A DNA stretch of 63,988 bases, filler included, from Malassezia furfur (lineage: Eukaryota), in the NCBI GenBank assembly GCA_052055015.1. It is 11 parts of 11 records of this genome, joined end to end, with 100 filler letters (N's around TTAATTAATTAA, not from the genome) between each part and the next. Parts side by side here need not be neighbours in the genome. Positions count along the whole stretch, not along the records: positions 35,649 to 41,412 come from JBQJIT010000579.1; positions 41,513 to 47,229 come from JBQJIT010000580.1; 9 more parts are not named here. The stretch is one strand, 5' to 3'. A program made the position numbers and the translations under genes. The notes below the pieces were generated by a model. The model had not been told where the DNA came from. It searched no databases and saw only the letters and a list, made by a program, of their open reading frames with translations. Numbering within the stretch: the first letter of the stretch is position 1; each line of letters opens with the position of its first letter. Of the stretch, positions 35,649 through 47,329 are shown one piece after another.

Positions 35649-36968
35649 CAGGAAACTCGAGCGGAAGCGATTGGCCGGTGTTTTGGACGGCGGTGCAGCG
35701 GTGGGCGCGGGCGGCGCCGAGGGCGCAGCGTCGGTGGTGCGCTGGCCCACGGGCTTGAGCGCCACGGGGAAGGCGCTTGCGGGCTTGGCGGGCGCCGCGG
35801 GCTTGGGCGACGTCGGACGCAGCGCGGGCTTCGCGGGCGCATTCGCCGCGCGGCTCGGCTTGATCCACTCGCCGTCGGCCTTGCGTGGGGCGGCGTGCTG
35901 TGTGCCGCTGACGCCCATCTCTTGCGCCAGCGCCTGGCCCACGCCGCCAAAGCTCGGCATCGTGCCGCCCTGGGCGTCGAGGCTCTTTTGCGTCTTGTCG
36001 AGCTGCTCCGGGTTGAACTCGAGCTTGCCGACGAGGTCGTTGACCTTGTCGGAGCGCCCGAGGTGCGCCATAAAGTGGCTCAGCGCATGCAGGCAGTACA
36101 CCACCTTGGGAAAGTTTTTCTTCTCGTACAAATCGGTCAGCTCGAAGCGGAAGCAGTTCGGCAGGCGGATCTTGTCGGCGAACTGGAAGAAGTAGTTGAT
36201 GTTGTCCGTGTGCCGGAACTGCAGCCGGGGGTGCACAAAGATGCGCGGCACGCAGCTCGGCTCAAACGACTTGGCCAGCTTGGCGAGCGCAATGCCGTTG
36301 CGCATCTCCTCGCCCATGTTGGCAATGTCGCCCCCGAGCGACTCGCCGATGCACCGCTCGATCCACTGCTGCGCCTCGCTGCAGTGGCACAAGTACTCGT
36401 ACGCCTGCAGCTCGTTGTCCGCGACGCGCGCACCGCCGGCCGGCAGCGGCGGCACCCGCGCGCCCGCGTCCTTGGACGCGAGCGTCGCGAGGCCCTGGCG
36501 CGACGCGCGCATGCGCGCCAGCTCGAGCTCCTTGCGCGACGACTTGCTGCGCACCATCACGGACGACTCGCTCGACGCAGGGTTGCTAAACATGCGCTTC
36601 GCCGACGCATAGTTCGACTCGGTGCCGCCCGTGCGGGTGCCGCTCTTGGGCGTCGGCACGCGGTGTACCGGCTCCGCCTTGCTCTTTTCCGCGCGCGCGC
36701 GCTGCATGAACGGATTGGCGTGGATGCCCTTCTCCAGCGGGGCGGCCTCGCCGTGCGCGCGCGCCGAGCGCGTCGGCAGGGGGTACGCGCGCGCCGCGGG
36801 GTCCGCCGGCGCGCGGTTCTGGTCTTCGTCCTTCGTGGGCACGGGGCGGAGCTTGGCCAGCATCCCCGTCTTGCCCGGCTGCGTACTCGAGTCCACCACA
36901 GCGTTTCTCCGCTGCGCGCCGTTGGACTGCAGCGGCTCACGCAGCAGCGTGCGCGGCGGCACGCTCAT
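35649..36968 (-). CDS. IQG1: IQGAP (calponin-homology N-terminus), 3'-partial
   Basis: LQAYEYLCHCSEAQQWIE, MRNGIALAKLA, LQFRHTDNINYFF, FELTDLYEKKNFPKVVYCLHALS. Confidence 0.9.
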
Positions 36969-37048
36969 CCTCGGTCGTACGCGAGGAGAAGCGCCGCCGG
37001 ACATAAACACAACAACACTCCACGCGCGGCGTATCACGTGACATTACC

Positions 37049-37726
37049 CTACAGACCCGAGAGGCGCTGCGCGAACCGGTCGCGGAAGCTCGCGTAGGCG
37101 TTCATGATGGCTGTGTGAGGCAGCGACGTACTCTGCTCGGTGATCTGCACCTCGATCGAGTCTGGCCGCGGCCGCGTGACGCGGTTCGCGATCGCCGCGC
37201 TGTCCGTCTCGAGAATGATGCTGCACGGTCAGACGCCCGACGTACCCGTCGTCGACGCTCTCGTCGATCGCGAGCGTCACCAGGTCGAGGTTGTCAAGCA
37301 CGGTGCGCTTGTCGATCTGGCTCTGAAGTAGCACCGAGAGCGCCTCGTAGAGCGACATCATGAAACTGTGCATCATCAACTCGTTTTCGCGCTCGGGCGC
37401 AATCACGAAGAAGTAGACGTCGTACGAGCTCTTGAATAGCACGAGGTTGCCGTCGTACTGGAACAGATCCCCAGACGCCCGCCGCGCCTTGTCCCACACG
37501 GCATGCTCCAGCGCACGCTGCTCCTTGTGCGTGGGGTACGGATTCCGCGCGCCAAGCGCCCCGAGCCCGGGCGTCGCCGGCGCCGTCGGTGGATGCTCGC
37601 TGATCGTCTCCTGCGGCGGCTGGAAGTATTTCGCGAGGATCCGGTTGCCCTCGGAGTCGAGCAGGAGCACTGGCGTGAGGCACGTCACCTACCTGCGCGC
37701 GTCGTATACAGCGTCAGGTTCATCAT
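37049..37726 (-). CDS. RET3: Coatomer zeta subunit; introns 37670-37692 (23 nt), 37221-37245 (25), 37111-37131 (21)
   Basis: NLTLYTTRA|VLLLDSEGNRILAKY, ENELM, DKRTVLDNLDLVTLAIDESVDDG|IILETD, ITEQT|IMNAY. Confidence 0.93.
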
Positions 37727-37771
37727 CGCACGCAGCAAGCCGGAATTCGCTGACTAAAATGGACGCACGAC

Positions 37772-39022
37772 CTACGGCGGCGCGGCGAGCTGCGCGGCAA
37801 GCAGCACGCTCAGCACGCTCCCACCCAACAGCAGCGAGAACGACGCGGCAAGCACAAAGCGCGCCGTGTCACGCGGCGTGAGCAGGGGGCGCAGGCGGTG
37901 CACGAGCGCCAGGCGGGGGCGGCGCACCACCTGCACCGCCTTTTCGTCTATCGGTGTGTCGTCGCGCGGCGTCGCGGCAATGTCGAGCGCGTGCGCGTGG
38001 CCAGGCAGCGACGCGTACGACAGCGCACGGGCGTCGCTTGACATTGCAGGCGCTTCGGTGAACAGCACGCTGCTGCTCGCCAGGACGGTCTGCGCCCGCA
38101 CGGCAGGACACGTCAGCGGATAGGTCCGTAGCAGCGCCTCGGCGCGCGCGAGGAGCGCGTGCCGCGCCGGTTCGGTGTCGAGCGACGGGACCTTGGCGAG
38201 CGTGTGGTGCACCTCGGGCATGTCGAGCGCCTCCAAAGGCCGCCGCGCGGCGGCTGCGGCCTGGGCGAGTGCGGGTTTGTGGTGCAGTGTGAGCGCCGCA
38301 GCGACGTACAGCATCGCCGGCGCGCCGTGGCTCAGCACAAAGTCGAGCAGACACTGCGCGCTGTGCACGTCCGGCACGTCGTGTGTCAAGAGCGTCAGCA
38401 CCCACGGCAGCGCCGCCAAGTTCTGGCCGGGCGTAAACACACGCTCGAGCGCGAGCGCGTACGGCAGGTCGGCGGCCCGCACAATGTTGCGCACAATCTT
38501 GAGCTGGCCAAGCACCGGGTCCATGTTTGACGCCATGCTGTCGCGCACGACGTGCAGGGCGAGAGAGTCGACGGCGCGCTGCACGCGGTAGCGCTCCCTG
38601 GTGGTGGGCCATGCCGCGTCGCTCGGCGGCGTGCCGGGGCTGAGCGTCAGGAGCACGATCGAGGCAATGTCGTGGAAGCCCTGGTAGTAATGCAGCGCGG
38701 GGTACTGCCGGAGCGTGCCGCACACGACGGCCTCAAGCTGCGCGCGCCGGCGCGCACGCACGCCCTCCTCGGTTGTCTCGGCATACGTGCCAAAGCTGCG
38801 GCGCACATCGAGCGCGACTTGCGCCTCGTCGCGGTGCGCCGGAAGCGCCGCACGGCTCGGCAGCATCGCCGCGAGCGGCGCGTCGTCTTCGTCAGCGTTG
38901 ACCTCGACCCGGAGCAGTCGGAGCCTGCGTCAGTCGTGCACGTACCATGCATGCGGCCGGTCGATCCAGCGTGCGTCCCAGCCGCCGCGGAGCGCCGCAG
39001 CTGCCGCCCACGCCTCGTTCAT
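37772..39022 (-). CDS. Rab-GAP TBC protein, Gyp8/TBC1D20-like; intron 38925-38945 (21 nt)
   Basis: HRDEAQVALDVRRSF, LHYYQGFHDIASIVLL, ALPWVLTLLTHD, C-terminal TM. The intron holds an in-frame TGA; splicing gives RPHAW|LRLL. Confidence 0.85.
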
Positions 39023-39127
39023 CCGTGCGCGCCTCGGGCGGGGCCCCCGAGAAGTGGAGGTGGCCTAGTAGGACCGGCGGCAGGCCGCGAGGCACGCCGG
39101 GCCGCGCTTACTCTTTCCGGAGCGGTC

Positions 39128-39779
39128 ATGGCGGCGAACAGTGCACAGAACCTGCGCAAGAAGCGAAAGATTGCGGTGCTTGGCTCGCGCTCAGTCGGTG
39201 CGTGGGATGTGCTGACCTTTAGGCAAGTCGTCGCTGGTCGTGCGCTTTGTCGAGGACGCGTTCGTCGACTCCTACTACCCCACGATCGAGAACGTGTTCG
39301 AGAAGACGATCAAGCACAAGGGCCAGGAGTACTCGTGCGACATTGTCGACACGGCGGGGCAGGACGAGTTCTCGATCCTCAACTCGAAGCATGCGATCGG
39401 GATCCACGGCTACGTGCTGGTGTACTCGATTGCGTCGCGTGCGTCGTTCGAGATGATCCAGACGGTCTACGACAAGATCCTCAACTACACCGGCACGGCG
39501 ACCATCCCATGCGTGCTCGTGGGGCAGAAGAGCGACTTGCACGCGCAGCGGTACGTGGCCCACTGACCCGCAGGCAGGTGTCCGAGGCCGAGGGCAAGGA
39601 GCTCGCGCAGCAGCTCAAGTGCGCGTGGGTCGAGACGAGTGCGCGGCACAACGCCAACGTCGGTGCGTGCGGCGAGACTGACCACAGCCAAGGTGTTCGA
39701 TCTGATGCTCGGCGAGATCGAAAAGTCGCTGAACCCGGGCGCGAGCGAGGCGCAGTCGTCCTCGTGCACGGTCATGTAG
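39128..39779 (+). CDS. RHB1: Rheb GTPase; introns 39198-39222 (25 nt), 39551-39573 (23), 39663-39687 (25)
   Basis: RKIAVLGSRSVG|KSS, FVDSYYPTIEN, DTAGQDEFS, ETSARHN, CaaX CTVM*. Confidence 0.95.
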
Positions 39780-39963
39780 TATCGCGCACGGCGCCGTGTG
39801 TGCTCTTTGCGCGTTTCGCGCGCCGGAGCGCTGTCCATACTCCCCGTTTTGCTATTCCCCGCGCGTTCGTCCGTGGATCGCCGCCGCAGGGCCGCCGGCG
39901 CCGCCGGGGCCACCGGGCCGCTTTACTAAGAGGGGGTGGCCCCTGCTAGCCGTGCACACGACC

Positions 39964-41168
39964 ATGACGGCCCCCGACAACAGCCTGCCGACGCCGCCCG
40001 CCAAGGGCAACGAGTCCTATGTGCTGCTCGACGTGGAAAAGACCGTGTTTGAGGACCGCCCCGTGGCGCCGCTCGCGCCGTACGAGGTGCGCGTGAATGT
40101 GCGCCAGACGGGTCTGTGCGGCTCCGACTGCCACTACAAGATGCACGGACGCATCGGCGACTTTGTGCTGCGCAAGCCCATGGTGCTCGGCCACGAGTCG
40201 TCCGGCATCATCACCGCCATCGGCTCCGACGTCACGGACCGGCGCGTCGGCGACCGCGTTGCGCTCGAGCCCGGCGTGCCGTGCTGCATGTGCGCCTTGT
40301 GCCTTGCGGGGCACTACAGCCACTGCGAGAAGCTCGTGTTTGCGGCCACGCCGCCGTACGACGGCACGCTCGCGACCTACTACAACCTGCGCGCGGCGTT
40401 TGCGCACCCCATCCCCGATAACATGTCGCTCGAAGCCGCGTCGCTCATGGAGCCGCTCAGCGTCGCCGTGCACGCTGCCGTGACACTCGGCCGCGTGCGG
40501 GCGCTCGAGAACGTGCTCGTGTTTGGCGCGGGCCCGATCGGCCTGCTGTGCGCCGCCGTCGCGCGCGCGTACGGTGCCAAGCGCGTGTACGTTGCCTGCC
40601 TACTCACCCAGCGTCTGTGTCGACCTGGTCGACGAAAAACTCGCGTTTGCGCAAGACTTCTGTGCCACGTCGACGTTCAAGACCATGCCGCCCAACCCGG
40701 AAGAGTCGGCGATGGACTGCTCGCGGCGCAACGCCGAGGCGCTCGTCGCCGAGCTTGGCGAAGACGTGGCCGAGAACGGCGGCTTCGACCTCGCGCTCGA
40801 GGCCACCGGCGCCCAGTCGTGCCTGCAAATGGCGTGCTGGGCCATGCGCACGCTCGGCCGGATCGTCGCGGTACGTGCGCCCCCTCACACAGATCGGCAT
40901 GGGCAACCCTGAGCCGCAGATCCCCATCACGCGCATGATGGTCCGGGAGGTGTCGCTGGTCGGCTCGTTCCGCTACTGTGCGGGCGACTACGACAAGTCG
41001 ATTGCGCTCGCGAGCACAGGCAAGATCGATGTCGAGCGCCTCGTGACGCACCGCTACCTGTTTAAGGACGCGGACAAGGCGTTTGACACGACGGCGCGCG
41101 GCAAGGGCGAGGACGGCAAGGCGTGCATCAAGGTGCAGATCTGCCAGGGCGCCGCGCCGGAGGTGTAG
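39964..41168 (+). CDS. Zn-dependent polyol (xylitol/sorbitol) dehydrogenase; introns 40587-40611 (25 nt) and 40871-40892 (22 nt)
   Basis: TGLCGSD, PMVLGHESSG, VGDRVALEPG, four-Cys Zn site, FAATPPYDG, GAGPIG, GSFRY. Confidence 0.92.
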
Positions 41169-41512
41169 ATGCCCCACCGCCTTCATAGACGCCCCGCCTC
41201 GCATCCCCGGGCCCGCGTCCCGGGGCGCTCCTGGGCCGTGCCTGGCGGCCCTGTCGTGGGCCCCTGGCGCCTCCACCGTAGGCCACCGCTTTTTCCCACG
41301 TGCGCAGACTTGCGCACGAAGAATGCAGCGAGGCGCGCGCGCTGTGTGGTCCGCCGCGGCGGGCGCGCGCCTGCGCGCCCCGCCATGGGCACCGAGCGCC
41401 GCGCGTACGGCGNNNNNNNNNNNNNNNNNNNNNNNNNNNNNNNNNNNNNNNNNNNNTTAATTAATTAANNNNNNNNNNNNNNNNNNNNNNNNNNNNNNNN
41501 NNNNNNNNNNNN

Positions 41513-42500
41513 CGAGCTTGCACTGCGACGGCGCATAGCCGAGCTGCGCCGCCTGGGTATACAAGTCGCGCGCGTACGCTTCGTTGTACGCGGCGATCGT
41601 GCTCTTGGGGTTCTCGTGCAGCAGTGCAAGTTCGTGCAGCGCGTGCGGATTGTCCTCGTCAGCCTGCCCAGCAGCACGCCGCAACCACACGATCGCCTCG
41701 CGCGCATTCCGCGGCTGCTCCAGCTGGCCATGCAGCAGAATTAGCCCGAGCTTGTACATCCCGGCCGTGTCGCCCAGCGACGCGGCCTTGCGGTAGAACA
41801 GTAGGCCCCGCGCATAGTTGCGCTTCGTGCCAGCGCCCACCTCGTTGCACACCGCCGTGCGGTAGGTCGCCGCGGGGTGGTTCTGCTTCGAGGCCTGCAC
41901 ATACAAGTGGTACGCCTTGGTGTGGTCCACGGGTAGGCCCAGCGACCCGTTTCCCAAACAATTCGCCAGGAAAAACTGCGCATCCGCAAACGGCGGTTTC
42001 CCGGGGCCCATGCCGTTCGTTGCGAGCCGCTTGATGAGCCGCAGCGAATCGGCCAGCAGCGCATCACGGTATTTGCGCGCCTGCTTCGCACTGTCGCGCG
42101 GGTCGGCGACGCGCTTCGCCGCATCAATTAGGTACATAGCAAATGCAAACTGCGCCTCAGGGTCCGGGTCGTTCTTCATCCGCTTCCGATACTCATCCAC
42201 AAACTCTTTCGTGTAGGGCAGCGACGGCTGTATCGACGAGTCCCGCCGCCGGCGGTCGCTGACATCGACATCGTACAGCGATGCACGTGGCGACATGACC
42301 CGATTCGACGAGGAGCGCGATAGCACCGACGGCGATGCGTATCCGCTCGGCGCGGGCTGCGCATACGCAAACGTCGCGACGGGCGATCGCGGACTGGTCA
42401 GCACAGCCGGATCGTACGCGTAAGAGTCGATCGGCGGCGGCATCCCAGGCGCCTCGGCCATGTAGGTGCTATTGTTCGGCGATGTATACATGCTCGCCAT
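41513..42500 (-). CDS. Sel1-repeat chitin synthase activator (Skt5/Chs4-like), 3'-partial
   Basis: AQFFLANCLGNG, ASKQNHPAATYRTAVCNEVGAG, FYRKAASLGD..MYKLG, PHALHELA, AAQLGYAPSQCKL. Confidence 0.88.
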
Positions 42501-42693
42501 CGCACACATCCCTGTGCGTCCTAAGCGCGAGCCCCTGCGTCCACGCACGTCCCCCGCAATAACGAGCACGTCGGGCGCGGACGTGACGAAACACCCCCGC
42601 CACGTGGTTGGGAATTACGCATGATACGGCGGCGTGCCACGCGGCACCCGCAGGCGTGGAGTGGCTACGGATTGGGTTCCACGCGGGGCCACA

Positions 42694-43386
42694 TTACTGC
42701 ATTAGGGGATCTCAGGGAACCAAGGGTACGCACCTTGCTCATCATCATCTGTCCATTAGCCAGTCCATACGTACCCTGACAAACTCGTTGTAGTTGATCT
42801 GGCCATCGCCGTCCGTGTCCGCCTCCCGGATCATTTCTTCGACCTCCTGGTCCGAGAGCTTTTCGCCTGCAGTGTTAGATGCGGGGGCACAATGCGCGCA
42901 GCGTACCCAAATTCGTCATGCTGGGTGAGCACAGGGTAAACAACGTACACATGACGCAGCTCAGCCGCGCTGATAAAGCCGTTGCCGTCTTTGTCAAACA
43001 CCTTGAAGGCCTCCTTGATCTCCTCCTCGCTGTCGGTGTCCTTCATCTTTCGCGCCATCATCGTCAGGAATTCGGGGAAGTCGATGGTCCCATCGCCGTC
43101 CGCATCGATTTCGTTCACCATGTCCTGCAGCTCAGCCTCGGTCGGGTTCTGACCAAGCGACCGCATCACCGTGCCGAGCTCCTTGGTGGTGATCGAACCG
43201 TCGCCATCTGGAGTCAGGCGGGAGGACAACATACCCTTGTCGAACAACGAGAACGCCTCCTTGAATTCTGCGTTACACCTCACCACATACCCGCAATTTG
43301 CTCTGAGGTGAGTGATTCCACGTACCTTCACTCTGCTCGCGTTAGTACGGCCGCCAAACATTCCCACGTACCAAGTGATCCGCCAT
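42694..43386 (-). CDS. CMD1: Calmodulin; eight introns (43333-43371, 43303-43325, 43268-43290, 43208-43234, 42921-42948, 42867-42906, 42749-42774, 42697-42733)
   Basis: Spliced [34 protein letters not shown]...[16 protein letters not shown]...EFVR|MMMSK|*, with four EF hands. Confidence 0.96.
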
Positions 43387-43475
43387 GTTGCACAAGAACA
43401 AACCGCGCCGGTGCGCGCGCACGGCGACGACCCTGGGGCATTTGGGCAATATAGTTCTCCACTACAGATCACGTG

Positions 43476-46400
43476 CTAAACGCGTCCCAGCGCAGGTAGG
43501 CGCGGCAGGCGCCCCACCCCGGGCCGCCGCACGCGCCAACGGGGGTCCAACGAAGGCGCAGCCGTCGGCAAGCTATAGTCCGTCGACTGCAGCTTGTGTG
43601 CGAGGTGCAAAAAGGTCCGCCGCGACCGCTCGTGGTCCAGCATTGCCACAATCTCGTGCAGGTGCGCCACCAGTACATCCCATACATCCAGTAGATGCGG
43701 TGTTCTCACGGTGTGCTCGTGGATCCGTGCACGTAGGCAACGCTCCACCGCACCCGAGAATACGCTCGGTGCTTGCACGTATGCGTGTACGCGCTGCGCC
43801 CGTCGGTTCCACTCGTGTTGGATAGCAGCAATCGGACCGCCCATCTCACGCTCCCCTCCTGCGACCAAATCACGCGTGCTGCGCACACCCAGCCAAACGA
43901 ACCACAAGTCAAGCTTAAGGCGATCAACGCGACACAGCTTCATCGTGTCAATGGCCATCGTAAAGTTGCGCTCCACGACTGCCTCGCGCACGAGTGACGG
44001 CTCGCCCGTGGCGCACAGCGCCACGGCCGGGTCAACACGAGGGGGCAAGAGCGTGTCGAACGCCTCGTCCCGCTGCGGCGCACCGGGCAGAATGCAGCTG
44101 GAGGATACGCGGGCGTTGCATAGATTTCGGTAGTTGGCCTCGTGTGCATGCAGGGGCGCGGTGAGTTCCGCCAAGTCCTCGCGCTCGAGCCACTTGCACA
44201 CGGCAGGGTAGGTAATGAACGGATTCTGCACACGGAGCTCCTGGTCCATGATCATCGCCACCTGGTGCCGCCACGCCTCTGACTTGTACACGGGCACCTC
44301 GTCCGTGTTCCGTAAAATCTCTTGAACCTGTTGCGACGACAGTAAAAAGAAGGGCGCAAGCATGTGCAGGATGTGCTTGGTCTTGTACACTTGATGCATG
44401 TGCCGCAGCTCCTGCACGGCGCGCTCGTCATCCGTATCAATGTGCACAGGTGGTGCCACGGGGTCTTTGGCGTCTAGTGCACACTCACGTCCCTCAGTGT
44501 TGGTTTGCGCATCAGTTTCGGTGCGTACGTCGTTGTCTGGGCGCTCTTCCTCGTCCGCTGCATCAAGCGATTCCGTGTCCGAGAGCGGAATGAGCTCAAT
44601 TTGCGCCGGAATGTGCTCGCTGGACCGCCCATTACTGTCCGTGATGGGCACGAGGCGCCGGCGCAAGCGGACCCACCGGCGGCGCCTCACAAACGTCCAC
44701 ATGGTCGGCCGCCCGTGCCAACGGAGCGTGCGGAGACGGGCTGAGCGCATCATGGCAGACAATCCCCTAGGTGCATGTGCTTCGCGTTGCTCGCGGCGCT
44801 CGTTGCTCTTCTCCTCACGGCGCTGTGCGAAGAGGTACAGTTTGTGCAGCCATTGGTTCAGGCCACGCGAATTGCTAAAGTGGATCGGGCGCTTCCACAT
44901 TTGTAGACCCGTGAAGCTGCCCGAATATTGCCAGCCCTCTTCGTCGGTGTCGCAGGTCATGTCGACAAGCCAGGATGGGTGCACCCATTCCCAGGTAGGG
45001 TCAGGGAGCTGCATCGTTGAGGTGTCCAGCGCAGTGTTGGCGCCCGAGGCATCCGTCCAGGGGGACGGATCCCAGAACAACAGCATCTGCGAACTGAATT
45101 GCTTGGCAACGCCAAACCACACAATGCCGCGCTGGTTTTCGTGAAGCATATCATATACAAGTTCGGTCTTGTAGCCCTTGGGGAAGAGCTGTGCTTTGGA
45201 CGTGTCGCCCTGTACCATGGGCTTGGTATCCTGTACCCTGGTCACGTCAGGGCACATGCGTCCACAATTCTCTTCCTCCTCGAGCTGCGCCATGTCCATC
45301 GCCGATGGCGCATTATTCCATGCACGTCGCTGCCGTCGTCGCCATACGTGGGGAAGTTTGGTCTCCGGAGCACACATGCTGCCCGAGGGCGCATCGCTGA
45401 CCCCCGGCGAGCTCTGCCGTGAAGGCACAAGGGACTCGGGCACGGCGTCAGGTGGCAGCAGCCGCTCCTCCGTCTCGCTCGACTCCCCCTGCGAGGCCGG
45501 AGTGTAGCGTTCCATCGCACGCTGCGTACGTTGCATCTTGCTCGCATACTTGAGACCATGTGCAACGCTTTGGCGGAGCGAGTGTGGATTAAACGAGTTG
45601 GAACTCTCGCTTTGCTCGCCATTCGGCCCAGTCTGTCGATAGCGCATCTTGCGCATCGCACGCAGCCGGCGGCGCATCTGTTTGTTGGTCATGACCTCGG
45701 CATGAGACAGGTTCAAGCGTGCGGGGATCTGACCACTCTGTGACTCGGACTCAGACGACTCGGTGTCAGTCGACCAAGTGCCGCCTGCATCGTCGTCCTC
45801 GCTCCCAGAATTGGAGGAGCTCTGATCCCAGTGTTCCGAGAGCAGTTCGCGCGGAATGTACGTTGCGCGTGGTTGCTGCAGTTCGGGTTGCGCACACAGA
45901 TCCAGTTGCGAAGGACGCCGCAATCCATTGAGGTTGGGCATCATCGACGACGGGGTTTGTGCCGGCGATGGGGATCCCGAATGTGGCGGTGGCGTCGCTG
46001 AGAGAGAAAGCGAGGGTGTGCGAGATCCCAGGGACTGCTCAGGTGCACATGGTGCACCGGTACCATCGGGAGCGCCGGGCAGCCCCTGGGCGGTGCAATC
46101 TGCGTCCATTTGGGTGAGCAGACGCTGTTCCTCGTCGTCCTCTGCATTTGTGCCACGCGGCGCATTCATGCGGTTGCTGGCCTCGCGCGCGGCCGCGAGC
46201 CCCGACCATTTGTGCCACACATGCTTGGGTGCCTGGGCACGCTGCATGCGGTTAATCTTGTTGATAGCGCCCTCGGCCTCCCGCAGATCCGTACTCACGG
46301 GGATCGGTGGCGGCGGTGGTGCCGCCTTTTCCGGAATCGAAGCATGCGAGCTGCCCCGCCTGTGTGCAAAGCGCCGTGAAACAGGAGAAGCGTTGTAGAG

Positions 46401-46577
46401 CTGCGAGGACCCGGGGCTATCGGGTGCCAATGCACTGCCTTCAAGCGGAAAGTGCTCAAAGGGCTCGGGCGGCGTCAGCACAAACTCGGGAAGCTTTGTA
46501 TCGCTGGCCTCTCGTGGTCGTTGTGATGGTATTGGACCATCCGCGCCGCTCATTGCGGCGCGTGTCCGCTCAGCCAT
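43476..46577 (-). CDS. Large protein with a dysferlin (DysF) domain, Spo73/Mug65-like
   Basis: YDMLHENQRG, WDPSPWT, LPDPTWEW...WLVDM...DEEGWQYS, FVRRRRWVRLR. Confidence 0.8.
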   Translation of the reverse strand: MAERTRAAMSGADGPIPSQRPREASDTKLPEFVLTPPEPFEHFPLEGSALAPDSPGSSQLYNASPVSRRFAHRRGSSHASIPEKAAPPPPPIPVSTDLREAEGAINKINRMQRAQAPKHVWHKWSGLAAAREASNRMNAPRGTNAEDDEEQRLLTQMDADCTAQGLPGAPDGTGAPCAPEQSLGSRTPSLSLSATPPPHSGSPSPAQTPSSMMPNLNGLRRPSQLDLCAQPELQQPRATYIPRELLSEHWDQSSSNSGSEDDDAGGTWSTDTESSESESQSGQIPARLNLSHAEVMTNKQMRRRLRAMRKMRYRQTGPNGEQSESSNSFNPHSLRQSVAHGLKYASKMQRTQRAMERYTPASQGESSETEERLLPPDAVPESLVPSRQSSPGVSDAPSGSMCAPETKLPHVWRRRQRRAWNNAPSAMDMAQLEEEENCGRMCPDVTRVQDTKPMVQGDTSKAQLFPKGYKTELVYDMLHENQRGIVWFGVAKQFSSQMLLFWDPSPWTDASGANTALDTSTMQLPDPTWEWVHPSWLVDMTCDTDEEGWQYSGSFTGLQMWKRPIHFSNSRGLNQWLHKLYLFAQRREEKSNERREQREAHAPRGLSAMMRSARLRTLRWHGRPTMWTFVRRRRWVRLRRRLVPITDSNGRSSEHIPAQIELIPLSDTESLDAADEEERPDNDVRTETDAQTNTEGRECALDAKDPVAPPVHIDTDDERAVQELRHMHQVYKTKHILHMLAPFFLLSSQQVQEILRNTDEVPVYKSEAWRHQVAMIMDQELRVQNPFITYPAVCKWLEREDLAELTAPLHAHEANYRNLCNARVSSSCILPGAPQRDEAFDTLLPPRVDPAVALCATGEPSLVREAVVERNFTMAIDTMKLCRVDRLKLDLWFVWLGVRSTRDLVAGGEREMGGPIAAIQHEWNRRAQRVHAYVQAPSVFSGAVERCLRARIHEHTVRTPHLLDVWDVLVAHLHEIVAMLDHERSRRTFLHLAHKLQSTDYSLPTAAPSLDPRWRVRRPGVGRLPRLPALGRV

Positions 46578-46721
46578 ATCACGCCCCCTGCCAGCTGGTC
46601 TTCGTCGATGTCAAAACCACACGAGGGGGGCTACGCCGCTGCCTCCACGCGCGCAACTTTGTTTTTGGAGCCAATCAAACGGTGCAACACTAGCGGAGCC
46701 AAGCAAAACCTACAGCGAACC

Positions 46722-47229
46722 CTACGATCCAAACCAGGACGTGCCCCAACTCTGAATGTTCTGCTGCAGCGTGTGCAATGCGCTCGAGTAGTCGATATGT
46801 TGCAGATGCTGCAATGCAGAGCTGTAATCGGTGCGCTGCAGCTGCTGCAGCGCGACGGGCACAGCCGTTGCCAGGTTGAGCGTGCCGGCGTACCACGCCG
46901 CGGCACCGACGCCCAGAGCGCCCGCCGCCGTCAGCGCACCCGCCGCACGCACAAGTGGGGCACTGTGCGGCACGTGTCGACGCAGCGCACGCGTCGCCAT
47001 CTGCATCTGCGGCGCAACGACTACCTCGCCGTCCGCCTCTTCCTCGGCGCGACGCTTGGCGCGCGTCGTGGTAGCGCTCGCCTTGTCCGAGTCGGCAGCG
47101 ATGTCCGCAGCGAGCTCCTTGGCTGCGCGGATCTGCGCATCGATTTGCGCGGGCGTCATGGGCGTCTGCAGGCCCGGCTCGGAAGCCGCCGCGGCAGCCG
47201 CCATCGCAGCGCGCGTCCGGCGCGGCGCG
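46722..47229 (-). CDS. C-terminus of a tail-anchored protein, possibly Bqt4-like; 5'-partial
   Basis: IDAQIRAAKEL helix, basic KRRAEEE, then hydrophobic AAGALTAAGALGVGAAAWYAG. The N-terminal domain is not in the contig. Confidence 0.5.
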
Positions 47230-47329
47230 NNNNNNNNNNNNNNNNNNNNNNNNNNNNNNNNNNNNNNNNNNNNTTAATTAATTAANNNNNNNNNNNNNNN
47301 NNNNNNNNNNNNNNNNNNNNNNNNNNNNN

